Part shown: positions 41,833-54,394 of the stretch, in pieces
How positions within the stretch are numbered: position 1 is the stretch's first letter
Layout of the letters: each line of letters begins with the position of its first letter
Origin: Eledone cirrhosa
Taxonomy: Eukaryota
Reading direction: 5' to 3'
Length of the DNA stretch: 54,394 nt
Assembly (NCBI GenBank): GCA_964016885.1
Contig: CAXHJY010001319.1
Coordinates: 1-54,394, forward strand
Notes under the pieces: generated by a model
Seen by the model: only the letters and a program-made list of their open reading frames with translations
Database searches by the model: none
Told to the model about the DNA's origin: nothing
Position numbers and translations under genes: made by a program

Positions 41833-43092
41833 CAGGGTGCAGCCGATATTTGTTCGCAAGATTACTGTCTAGGAAAAAATAACAGTAGTTTTATTTTTTA
41901 AGATATATTTATCAAGCTTGGGTCAGTTTATCTTCATGACTTGCTCTTTCGATCTCATTCGATAAACCCGCCATTGGCTTTGATGACGGCCTCAAGGCGG
42001 CCTCGGAACCGGCTACAGGCCTTTGTCACTGTCCCCCGACTTAGGCCCCTAAAGGCACTTGTGATCCTGGCCTTCAGATCGTCTTTCGTATTGCAGCTAG
42101 ATCTGTTGGTGTCTCGTTCCACTGCGCCCCACACAAAGAAGTCGAGGGGGTTGCAGTCAGGCGAGCTGGGAGGCCAGATGTCAGGTGAAGTGTGGTCGAC
42201 GAAGTTCTCTGACAGTCAGGCTTGGGTCTTTCAGCTGGTATGGCAAGGCGCTGAGTCTTGCTGCCACACGTACGGCCTACCTGCAGCTACCTGGTCGATC
42301 CAGGGCTTTACTACCTCGCTCAGAACGCGGATGTAGCCATCGGTGTTCAGCTTGAGGCCCTCAAGGAAGAAGTGAGGTGGCATGACTACACCTAAGACCA
42401 ATGTTGTCGCTGAAAACTTTGTCTGCATGACTCTGGGCACGTCTTTGGAGGAGACAGCGAGCCACCTGTTGTTCTGGGAGTTGATCTTCTGGTCTTGGCA
42501 GAAGTTTTTCTCGTTGGAGAAAAACCACAGCATGTCTGGCTCCAGTGGGTGTTTCAACTTGTTGATCAGCTTCTTTGCGTGCTTCAGTCGCTTTTCTTGC
42601 ATCGCCTTTGACAGAAATTGTCCTTTCCTCATTTTGTATGAAACGTAGCGAATGTTTTCATGTACCACCAGCCTAATGAGCTTTTCATCCATGCCTTTCA
42701 CCCTTGCAATGGCACGCATCGACTTGCTAGGTTCATTGTTGATGATATCCTGAACTTCAGCGACGAACTCGGGCGTCAGATCGTCGATCATGTGTTTTCC
42801 CCTCTGATGTTGCTTCGTAGTTGAATCCTGAATTCTGACCTTTTCCACCATTCTCCTGCTGACGCTGAGAAAGTCTGAAATTTCCTTATTTGTCCTCCCG
42901 GCGCAGATTCCAAGAAGAACTCCGTGTCTCTTCCACAAATTTGGAGGTTCAAAATTATTCATAATCAATTATTCTGAAAATAAATAATGGAAATAGTCAG
43001 TTTTTATGAAGACAAGAGTGACAACGGAAGGGAAAAAAAATTGGCATAAAATTAGCTGTTGAAGATTGCGAACAAATATCGTCCACACCCTA
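41833..43092 (-). mobile_element. Second DD37D (maT) transposon, inactivated
   Basis: TIRs cagggtgcagccgatatttgttcgcaa / ttgcgaacaaatatcgtccacaccct; FSNEK (D to N), QQDS-37-D (SPDCNPLDF); two TGA stops in this segment. Confidence 0.9.
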
Positions 43093-43208
43093 TATATATA
43101 TATATATTCTTTTTTCCCTTCTTCTTCGCCCATTGTTTCCTCAGCCTCACTTTCATATTTCTTATATTTTGTTTTCAAATCCATATTTAATAAAAACACC
43201 ATGTTTTA

Positions 43209-43266
43209 TTCATTCTGATGACTGAAAACAGATATATCTGCTTTCAAGAAACCACTGGTAAATGAA
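43209..43266 (+). ncRNA. Minimal type I hammerhead ribozyme, sense to BAHD1 intron
   Basis: TTCATT-CTGATGA-CTGAAAACAGA(TATA)TCTGCTTTCAA-GAAA-CCACTGG-TA-AATGAA; homologous to the 3168-3228 copy including flanks. Confidence 0.75.
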
Positions 43267-43364
43267 ATAATTATCTTATGTTGTTCATTACATAACTAAT
43301 AAGCTCTGTAACCTACATAGAGCACTCTCTTTTCCTGTACCTTTCTGACGGAATTACTTCATTT

Positions 43365-43415
<51 letters not shown>

Positions 43416-43905
43416 ATATACATAAATACAAGCATAGCAATTTTTGCATGTGTTATGATCCTAATGGTAGCAGAATAACTGCAAAAGAAAACGAGATTAA
43501 ATTTACTGCTCATGCAGGTTTAGCTGACTGCCTACCAGTTATAGGAGGTTTTATATCATAGGAGGTTTCTTGGTTTTTTTTAAAGGTAGGGGTACCAGTC
43601 CTATCATGAAAAGTATTGTGCCTTTTATGCATAGTAACATGCTCGCTTCATTATTTTTTCCAGCCATTATACGTTCTTTGCATTCAGTATCCATATCTCA
43701 CTACCTTTTGTTCACTTTGTTCTTATTTTAGCTTATTAGGCCATCTGGGTAACATAAGCTATCAAACACCCCATAGGAAAGATTTTATATTACTGCTAGC
43801 TGCTCTAATTGCCAACTTCTCTTGAGCATCATATATGTGAGCATGGATGCACACAAACAGACACCATATCTAACATTACATTTTTTTTTCTGTTATTATT
43901 TAAAG

Positions 43906-44074
43906 GAGAGATGATGATGAATCTACTCTGGTACTATCGTCCAGAACATACAGACTCTGGGCGAAACCAAAACCATGTTGAATGCGAGGTCTTCGCATCA
44001 AAACACCGTGATGTTAATAGTGTTGCTTGCATCGAAGATAAATGCTATGTTTTAACATTTAATGAATATTGCAG
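43906..44074 (+). CDS. BAHD1: BAHD1-like coding exon 4 (BAH core)
   Basis: taaag|GA...TGC AG|gtttgt; [15 protein letters not shown]...[30 protein letters not shown]. Confidence 0.95.
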
Positions 44075-44639
44075 GTTTGTAATAGTTTTCTTTATTTTGT
44101 CACCAACCTTTATGGAACAAAGTCCCTCAAAATGGGGAACAACCTTAAAAGAAAAGGCAATTGAAACAAAAAATCAACATATATGCGTGTAATTTAAATT
44201 CTTTTAAATCTTTTTCTAATTTCAAGGGTAGTGTCTTTTTTTTTTCTTTTTATCTGTTTTGTCCTTTTCTTGAAAGGTTGCATGGGTTACCCACTGTATT
44301 GTTGGTTACTTGTAACTCTGTTGAGAGTGACTCCCATCGAAAAGACGTGTAGGGAAGGGATTCTGAGAGGTACGTGTTCTAGGCAGAAAGAACTAGTCTA
44401 TAATAGTTAATATTGAATTTCTTGACAAATATAGATGCTAACTCATCATTTTATGCACACTTTCTATGTTAATCTGAGTGAACTGATCATTACAGTCCAA
44501 GTTAGTTCTTAATCATAGTTGTTGTCCTTGTAGATAGTTCAGGGAGTAAGTCCAATTTTTGGCATGATTTCCATTAGTTGGATGCCTTTACTAAATCTAA
44601 CCACTTTACAGAGTATACTCGGTACACCAGTCATTGGAT

Positions 44640-46595
44640 ATGATTCCGTCCTGTATTACTTGATTGACTATGTGGGTTTCTAGTTCAGCTCCTATTTCTC
44701 CGGATGCTTTTAACATCTCAGAGACTATCTCTGACAGTCCTGTGGCTTTACCATTCTTCATCTTCTTGATTGCTTCTTTGATCCTATAACAGTCAATTTC
44801 AATAGTTGGTCCCTCTGTTGGGTCAGCTGAAAGTAGTCTCTCCTCCTCCCATTCATTCTCCACATTCATCAGCTTCTCATAGTAACATTTCAAGGCCTCT
44901 TTCTTTAGAATATCAGTGGTGCTTAGTGCACCAGTGTCATTTAACGCACACTTTTCCCCAACAACATCCTGATTCACACAGACTTGCAATACAGAACACC
45001 ATGTCACTGATTGTCACATTGCAAGATATTGGCAAACCTTCTCTTTCAGCCTCTTCCAAGCTTTGTGTACTTATCATCTAGCTTCTCTCCAGGTTACCTG
45101 GTGCTGGTCTTTGCAACTCCCATTTTTCTAGCCTTTCTATGCCTATCTCTTGACAGTAATGGTTCTATCTACTGTACTGTTCTACCTCCAAGTCACCCTC
45201 AGACTGGCTGGTGCTTAACTCAAGCCACAAGTCTCATCATTAGTTCACAGTGGGTTGTCATGTAACAATTTCCAATTGTCCTGTATGACAAATGTATCCA
45301 GTTCATTTCCGCTCATCATATGTCTCTTGTAGAGCCTTTCTAAACCTATATGTAACAGAAAGTTTCCTTTAGCTTCCATACTCTCTGTCTCCATATATTC
45401 TTGCGTGTCTTGTTCTATCTTGTGTTTATTCTAACGCCACAAACAACTAACTTGTGTTGGGCCGCACATTTTTTACTGGGGAGGGTCTTAGCATTTATAA
45501 CCACCTGTCTATCTTGTCTTACATGTAAGTAGTCAATGTGGCTTGTGTGTTCACCTGATTGGTAGGTGGTTTGATGTCTGGCCAGTTTCCTGAAATTAGT
45601 GTTGCAAAGGGTTTGTTCATTTGCTTCACAGAATCCCAGGAGCCTCACTCCTTCATTTCTTGAGCCATATCCACTGTGTACTCCTGTGAATCCATCCTGG
45701 TACTGCCCAACATGTCCATTGAAGTTGCCATTCAGGATGATGAGGTCTCCATCATCAGTAAATGAGGTTGTCTGTAAAAGTTCCTCATAGAACCAGCCCT
45801 TTTGTTCTTTTTCAGTCCAGCTTGTGCAGCATAGGTAGATGTAATTGTCACCATTCTATTGCCTACAGCTATTCTCAGCTTCTTGATAGTTCTGTCACTT
45901 ACTTTAATTACCTCTATCACCTTATCTACCTATTTCTCAGCTAGGTGAATGCCTGCACCACCTACTCCATCATCATTTCCTACTCAGAAAAGTTTGTATC
46001 TATGTTACACCTCTCCAAGACAATGTCACTGGACCGAGATATTTGGCGCTACACAGTAATAGAGAAGACCCGCCTTACCTAAATACAAAGTAAAACCTAC
46101 TACAGTCAGTAGGCACCTCTAACAAAATACACCCCCGTCCCACTACCCCCACCCCATCCACACCACCCCTTTCAATGTAAAGTTATGTTGGTACCACAAC
46201 ATCCGGGCCGAAACAAATGAGGTCGTGTAGGTGTCACGACAAAAAAACACAGTCCACGCTGTAATGTGGCCGTGTAGGTAACACGGTAAAAACCCCCAGT
46301 CCCACACTGTAAATGTGGTTGGGCATCCAGCCGTAGAAAACCCGCCAGACAGTCCTATGCGAGCAAGACAACCACTCTTGCCTCAAGTGGGAAAACTCAC
46401 GTCCAAACCCATGCAAGCGTGGAACACGGACGTTAAACGTTGATGACGATGATGATGATGATGATGATGTTGTTTACTTATGAGTAACCTTGCTGAGACA
46501 CTCCTCCATCTCACCTCCTGTACACAGCATACATTCACTCATCTCTTCACTAGCAACTCCTCAATTTCTCCTGATCTACTTTTCAGAGTGGCACC
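44640..46595 (-). mobile_element. RTE-type LINE (endonuclease to start of RT), interrupted
   Basis: ORFs 44606-45007, 45415-45648 and 45732-45920; collinear with 11160-12660. Confidence 0.85.
46004..46469 (+). mobile_element. LINE 3' tail nested in the older LINE
   Basis: Family of 5830-6290; the host sequence aagtttgtatct..ttgtttac resumes after the (GAT)n tail. Confidence 0.78.
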
Positions 46596-47224
46596 CCTGA
46601 AATCTGTTACTTGACTGACTTCTTTGACTTGGAAGTGGGCACCAGTACTAGAGAGGCAAGACTAGAGTTCTCCCTATTGTATATTTCCATTCATTTGTGC
46701 ATTTTATCAAATCACCACACAAGATGGGTTGCACTGTCTTCTGCAAGATTAAAGAATCTTCTTTATTCTAAGTAGAGAACTTTTAATGAGAGCTAAATAT
46801 TTTTGAGACGGAGCCCTTTTCACAACCCCTTCAGTGGACATGCACTTATTTTTCAAAAAACAAAATAAATAAAGTGCATGATAAATAAATCACAGAACAG
46901 AGCAAACTATCATGGAATCCGCCATTGAAAGGCCCAGATGTGCAAGAAGCAATCTGACTGGCTGGTACAAAGACCAGCCAGCTAATCTTGAGGCTTGTAT
47001 TATGGGGCCGATAGATCAGCCCTGTTGTCTTCTAAGGGTTAATGAAACCAACCAAACAAGGAAAGGAAGCTCACTGAAAATCAAAAAGAAAATATTTTTT
47101 GTGTTGTTGTAAATTATCACCTGCCTAAAAGAAAATTATGTCACCCCCAAAAGAAAGAACAATATTTATTTAGTTTAATATATGTTTTTTTTTGTTTTTT
47201 TTTATTTTCTTCATATTATCACAG

Positions 47225-47411
47225 ATATAAAGCAGAAGTCCGTAGAACTGAAGCCAACTTCCCAGCAAGACGAAAAGTTGTTCCAACACTGAAAGAAGAA
47301 TATCCACGACACGGAAGACTTCCACCACTTGATGCAAATCCTGAAACAGTTTTCCTCTGTCGACAAGTGTATCAGTTCCGGCAAAAACGGATTTTAAAGA
47401 AACCAGCATAA
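47225..47411 (+). CDS. BAHD1: BAHD1-like last coding exon
   Basis: atcacag|A (phase 2); YKAEVRR...DANPETVFLCRQVYQFRQKRILKKPA*, like the BAHD1 C-terminus [20 protein letters not shown]. Confidence 0.95.
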
Positions 47412-47944
47412 CAAACCATAGAATATTTAATAGATTTTTTTGCTTCTGCCTGTCGATGTAAACACCCGAAATGGTTTTTCTGCTGACAGGTGTATCAGTT
47501 TCAACAAAGATAAATTTTTATGAAACCAATATAACAATGTAGAATATTTGACACCAGATAGGTTTTTACTTTCTGTCTGTTGACGTAGATCCCTGACATG
47601 GGTTTTTTTTTTAAGGGGAGGGGGTAACGTCAATAGGTGTTTCGTTTTTTTATTTTATATTTTTTTAAATAGAATCTGCATAGCTTAATGTATAGTATTG
47701 TGGAGACCTGACAGTTTTCCCTTCTCTGTCGATCCTAATACTGGAATTAAAATATAATGGTTATGGATTTTCTCTGCTGAGAAGTATAATGTTATGACAA
47801 AAAATAGATTGTTGTCGCATATGGATTTTTATTACAAGACAAACAGTTTTAAAAAAAATCAAACAAAAAAAACAATAATTGATTAAAAATGACCCACAAT
47901 ATGGGGTCCTCTACCTCTTCTCTACCACTATGTGGTTGTTCAAT

Positions 47945-48845
47945 TCTGCTAAAAATAGCAACCAGATATCCCTCAAATGACAACAAAAGGAAGTACATAG
48001 ATAATTGTAGTCCTTTATAGACAGTGCTTTGGAAATATATATGATACTATGAGGTCTTGTAGGGACCTGATTGAAAAAGCAGCCTAGGACACAGTGGACA
48101 ATGTAATCCTAGATATACAGTGCCTGAAAATGTAAGATATGTGTTGTCTCGCTGGGAACTGCTATGAATAGCACCCAAATATCACTCAAATCACCCGAAA
48201 AAGCAAGGACACATTAAAGAAAATAATGTAGTCCTAGATACAGTGCCTGGATATGTAAGATATATTAGGTCAATGAACCTGCTAAAAATAGCAACCATAT
48301 ATCCCTCAAAATAACAAAAAAAGGACACATTAGATAATGTAATCCTAGATACACAGTGCCTGGAAATGTAAGATATATGAGGTCACTGGACCTGCCAGAA
48401 ACAGCAGCCATATCACAAAAAAAGGAGGACAGATTGGACAATGTAGTTCTAGATATACAGTGCCTGGAAATAAGATAAGAGGTCACTGAGTTTGCTAGAA
48501 ATAGCAGCCAAATATCCCTCAAAATCACATAAACATCAAGGACGCATTAAATAAGGAAGTCCTAAATAAACAGTGCCTGGAAATGTAAGATATATGAGGT
48601 CGCTGGACTTGCTAGAAATAGCAGCAAAATATCTCTCAAATCACAAAAAAGGAGGACACATTGGATAATGAAGTCCTGGATATACAGTGCCTAGGAAGAT
48701 ATAATATATGTCACTGGACCAGTTAGAAAAGACAGTAAAATATCCCTGGATATCACAACAAAGGAAGGACACGTTAGACAATGTAGTCCTAGATACAGTG
48801 CCTGGAAATATATGATTTATATGGTCTTGCTAAGGCCTGCTAGAA
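47945..48845. repeat. Diverged ~120-bp tandem repeat, about 7-8 copies
   Basis: Recurrent ctgctagaaatagcagcc...aatgtagtcctagatatacagtgcctggaaat. Confidence 0.85.
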
Positions 48846-48979
48846 AATGGTCATATTGATACTCTTCATCCAGTGAAATATCAGAATATTAATAATTTGT
48901 AATGAAGGGACAAGGAAGGTTTCAAAGTTTCAGACAGTGAAAGGCTGTGTAATTTATAGTAAGGACAAAGCATCACCAT

Positions 48980-49545
48980 TTTTTTTTTTACATCAGTTTT
49001 TCCTTGCTTGCATGGGCTGGATAAGTCCTTTTCCACTTCAGCCAATCGACCTCCACTTGTCTCTCTCTCTCTCCTTTGTGATGATGTTCAGCATCCTGAA
49101 ATCTGCTTTAACCACTTCTGCTCATGTCTTCCTTGGCCTACCTCTACCACATCTTCCTTCCACTTGGAACTCCTGGCACTTCACTCAACAATCATTCTCC
49201 ATATGCATTACATGACTGTACCAATGCAATATACTTTCTTTTACACTACATATGATTCTTCTTATACCTAGTTTTCTGTCAACTAATCTGTGCTTTGTTG
49301 TTAATGCACTCAAATATTACACATTCAACAAAGTATGCTTGATTCATTTCTTTTCAGCCTATGCACATCCTCTGCACTCACTGTCCATGTCTCAATACTA
49401 TGCAACATTGCATTACATACACAAGGCATCATACAATCTAACCTTCATTACCAACAGAGATAATAAAAAGCTCTCTGAACTTTTTCTACCCTGTTATTCT
49501 GTGGAACACCCTCCTCCACCTCTGATTAGGTCACCTAGATAATAA
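48980..49545 (-). mobile_element. Degenerate RTE-type LINE 3' fragment
   Basis: Collinear with 13700-14260. Confidence 0.75.
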
Positions 49546-49854
49546 AAGTTATTAACTATTTCTATGGAGACTTCCTCGGATTGGAAAGAATTTTACTGGT
49601 GCTCTTATTGTTAAATATTTATATGCATCTGTCACATACAATTTATCTTTAAGCATTGTGCAAAAAAAAAAATAGAAAGCAGTGTTATTAGAGGACAGTA
49701 ACATGATTATTATTAATTCATAATGCAAGTGAAAGTTGAGAAATCTAATCTTTATTATTAATTCATAATGATAATGCAAGTGAAAGTTGAGAAATCTGAT
49801 CTTTATTGTTCATGATGTGAACAAGAGTGGGAAAATCTATTATCTTGATCATGT

Positions 49855-50860
49855 TAGCTAGAGTTGAGTGTTCTGTTGTGTTGATGTAAACTTAAGATGA
49901 GAGCTTTGTTGTGTTGATGTAAGCTTATGATGAGAGTTCTGTTGTGTTGATGTAAGCTTAAGATGAGAGTTCTGTTGTGCTGATGCTAGCTTGAGATGAG
50001 AGTTCTGTTGTGTTGATGTATGCTAGAGTTGAGAGTTCTGTTGTGTTGATGTAAACAAGAGTTCTGTTGATGTTAGCTTGAGTTGAGAGTTCTGTTGTGT
50101 TGATGTATGCTAGAGTTGAGAGTTCTGTTGTTGATGTAAACAAGAGTTCTGTTGATGTTAGCTTGAGTTGAGAGTTCTGTTGTGTTGATGTATGCTAGAG
50201 TTGAGAGTTCTGTTGTGTTGATGTATGCTAGAGTTGAGAGTTCTGTTGTGTTGATGTAAACAAGAGTTCTGTTGATGTTAGCTTGAGTTGAGAGTTCTGT
50301 TGTGTTGATGTATGCTAGAGTTGAGAGTTCTGTTGTGTTGATGTAAACAAGAAATGAGAGTTCTGTTGTGTTGATGTTAGCTTAAGATGAGAGTTCTGTT
50401 GTGTTGATGTTAGCTTAAGATGAGAGTTCTGTTGTGTTGATGTTAGCTTAAGATGAGAGTTCTGTTGTGTTGATGTAAACAAGAGATGAGAGTTCTGTTG
50501 TGTTGATGTTAGCTAGAGTTGAGAGTTCTGTTGTGTTGATGTTAGCTTAAGATGAGAGTTCTGTTGTGTTGATGTTAGCTTAAGATGAGAGTTCTGTGGT
50601 GTTGATGTAAACAAGAGATGAGAGTTCTGTTGATGTTAGCTAGAGTTGAGAGTTCTGTTGTGTTGATGTAAACGTAAGATGAGAGTTCTGTGGTGTTGAT
50701 GTAAACAAGAGTTGAGAGTTCTGTTGTGTTGATGTAAACGTAAGATGAGAGTTCTGTGGTGTTGATGTAAACAAGAGATGAGAGTTCTGTTGTGTTGTAA
50801 ACAAGAGTGGAGAACTCTGTGTTGTAAAGAAGAGATGAGAGCTCTGTTGTGTTGATGATA
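49855..50860. repeat. ~33-bp minisatellite
   Basis: About 30 units of gagagttctgttgtgttgatg plus a variable spacer. Confidence 0.95.
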
Positions 50861-51546
50861 TAAGAAGCAAGAATGTTGTTCACAATGCAAATGTGACTTA
50901 GGAAATCTATGATGCAAGAGTTGAGCGGTCCATGATAGAGATTCTCACTACAGACAGATATGATGGGATACAAGTCACTGAACTAGTCCCCTTTCGATTG
51001 CAGCCTACATTCAACTCCATTGTGAAATACATGGAACAAACGTTGAATTGTAGTATGTCCACTGATTGTTTTGTGGCCAAATGCATGCTTGATATTGCAA
51101 ATAGTTTCCACTGCTTTGTGTTCCATTTTAAACTTGGAGGACAAAATCGCTCAAATCTCCCCCCCCCCCCCCCTTTTCCCCCTTACATTTTTAATGAGCA
51201 AATGAGCAATGAATTGGCAGTCGAAAGGGTATCCGACAAAATGACTTTTGGTGTTCCATCTCCTGATGTTCTGAGTACACACATCCCCCGAAATCATCTT
51301 TGCCTGTCATCCACTTAGGGAGCAGGGGGTTGATAAAATAAAATACCAGTCAAAGGGCAGTGGACTGGCACAAATATTAGAGTATCGGAGAAGATGTTAT
51401 GTAGCATCTATTCTGGCTCTTTAGGTTCTGAATTTAAATTCCACACCCTAAACAACCCACACCTAGCATGGACAGATAGACCTAAAACAGACATACTAGC
51501 TGAGGATTCATCCAGCAGGGGATTGAAATAGGCTGCGTAGAAATAG

Positions 51547-51585
<39 letters not shown>

Positions 51586-52065
51586 TATACATACATACAA
51601 ACACACATACATACATATGAGTGGCATATTATTTATAAGATATTAAAAAAATTGCAATCTATAACACAAAATATATCGAAAGACAGAAAAGAAAAAAAAA
51701 ACACAAGAAAATGTTATATAAATATTTGTTTTTGTTTGTTTATTTTTTTTGCTAACTTTGTTGTTCAAAAAAAAAAAAAAAGAAAAAGAATATTACACAA
51801 ATTAAACAATTTGTAAAAATGTACAAAAAATATTTTTTCCCGAAAACGTTTTCGCAATATTAAATAAAAGAAAATTATATTGGAAGAAGAAAAATAATGT
51901 AAAAATCATATATATATACATATACGTATATATGCATACATATATATATATATATACATATATTATAAATGCATATATATATATATATATACATATACGT
52001 ATATATGCATATATATATATACATATACGTATATATGCATATATATATATACATATACGTATATA

Positions 52066-52120
<55 letters not shown>

Positions 52121-52168
52121 GTATATATGCATATATATATATATATGCATTCATATACGTATATATGC

Positions 52169-52201
<33 letters not shown>

Positions 52202-53147
52202 CGTATATATGCATTCATATACACATATATACATACGTATATATATATATATATATACATACATGCATACATCATTATCATCATCAAGCAGGGAAAAGTG
52301 GACGTAAAATGATGATTGATGATGATACATACGTATATATATATATATACATATGTATATATATGTAAATATGTGTGTACATATATATGTATATATATAT
52401 ATGTGTGTGTGTATGTGAGTGTGTAAATATGTATGTAAATATATATATATATATATATGTGTGTGTATAAATCTTTTTCCCTGTTATTTTGTTTTTGTTG
52501 TTCCAAAAACCGTTAATTTGCAAATGTAAGATAAAAAAAGAATATCGTTTTTACTGCTTATTCAGCAAAGGAAGGGCAGTGTTCATGACCCCTTTCAGGA
52601 CCTCTGAGACTTGTGAAAGGGATGGAGGGAGGGAGAAAAGAGAGCCTTCTTGATTTAAAGACCTGTTTCAAATGCTTGCAACAGAATGGACTGTACTGAA
52701 AGCATCCAAGGGCCAAAGTGTTGATATTAGAGTGAGTGACTGATTAAAACCCACAACCCAAGTCGACCACAGTAGGATTTGAATTCAGTATGCAGAGAGC
52801 CAGAAGAAATACCAAAGGGCATCTCGTCCAATACTCTAATAATTCAACCAATGCCCCTGCTCTAGAATCGTACTTTATTTTATTGACTCCTTGAGAGGAT
52901 AAAATTCCTCGGTGGAATTTTAACTAAAGCACAGCAAGCCAAAAGGCATTTTGTCTTATGTCCTAACAACTTTGCCAATATGCCACCAATGAGGTTAGTG
53001 TTTTAACTTTACATACAGAGTATTAGTAGACATCAATCTTTCATCACTCTACATGTGAACACAGCTCTGAAGTACAGAGGGCGGGGGTGGCGATTGAAAG
53101 GAAATTGTAATCTACTACAGTGAAGTCATTAATTATCTGCAATGCAC

Positions 53148-53177
53148 TATATATATATGTATATATGTATATATATG

Positions 53178-53244
<67 letters not shown>

Positions 53245-53255
53245 GTATATATATG

Positions 53256-53302
<47 letters not shown>

Positions 53303-53910
53303 ATATATGTATATATATATATATGTATGTATATATATGTATATATATATATATGTATGTATGTATATGTATAGATATATATGTATGTATATATGTATAT
53401 ATATGTATGTATGTATATGTATAGATATATATGTATGTATATATGTATATATATGTATGTATGTATATGTATATATGTATATATGTATGTATATATGTAT
53501 GTATGTATATATGTATATATATATATGTATGTATATATGTATATATATATATGTATGTATATATGTATATATATATATGTATGTATATATGTATATATAT
53601 ATATATGTATGTATATATGTATATATATATATGTATGTATATATATATATGTATGTATATATGTATATATATATATATGTATGTATATATGTATATATAT
53701 ATATGTATATATATATATGTATGTATATATGTATATATATATATGTATGTATATATATATATGTATGTATATATGTATATATATATATGTATGTATATAT
53801 GTATATATATATATGTATGTATATATGTATATATATATATGTATATATATATATGTATGTATATATGTATATATATATATGTATATATATATATGTATGT
53901 GTATATATGT

Positions 53911-53951
<41 letters not shown>

Positions 53952-54278
53952 TATGTATGTATATATATATATGTATGTATATATATATGTAAATATGTAT
54001 GTATATATATATATATGTATGTATATATATATGTAAATATGTATGTATATATATATATATGTATGTATATATATATGTAAATATGTATGTATATATATAT
54101 ATATATGTATGTATATATATATGTAAATATGTATGTATATATATATATATGTATGTATATATATATGTAAATATGTATGTATATATATATATATGTATGT
54201 ATATATATATGTAAATATGTATGTATATATATATATATGTATGTATATATATATATTATATATATATAAGTATATATG

Positions 54279-54314
<36 letters not shown>

Positions 54315-54394
54315 TATATATGTATGTATATATATATATATATATATATAAGTATGTATGTATGTATATATATATATATATATATATAAGTATG
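53148..54394. repeat. Compound (TA)n/(TATG)n microsatellite
   Basis: Directly visible. Confidence 0.98.

Noticed and set aside
49855-50860. CRISPR-like repeat-spacer appearance and INTTELSS ORFs
   Set aside because: Spacers are ~12-nt variants of each other, there are no cas genes and the context is eukaryotic; it is a minisatellite.
51493-51545. CTGAGGA...GAAA hammerhead candidate
   Set aside because: No convincing stem I/III or UH cleavage site.

Overview
AT-rich, microsatellite-dense animal genomic DNA; the SINE, LINE and microsatellite landscape suggests an octopus-like cephalopod (inference). The one host gene is a + strand, phase-consistent 5-exon BAHD1-like gene (28044-47411, 2156 aa from the first visible exon). 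It has a 5257-nt exon built from four unrelated peptide-repeat arrays and a C-terminal BAH domain. The rest is mostly transposon debris: many RTE-type and one CR1/L2-type LINE fragments, tRNA-derived SINEs sharing the LINE 3' tail, two DD37D (maT) Tc1/mariner elements in introns, Helitron remnants, MITEs and minisatellites. The most notable signal outside the ORF track is a set of minimal type I hammerhead ribozymes (three with intact cores, five degenerate), several inside short inverted-repeat cassettes that look like Penelope-like pLTR remnants. Nearly all Y/I/C/V-rich ORFs in the track are microsatellite artefacts.
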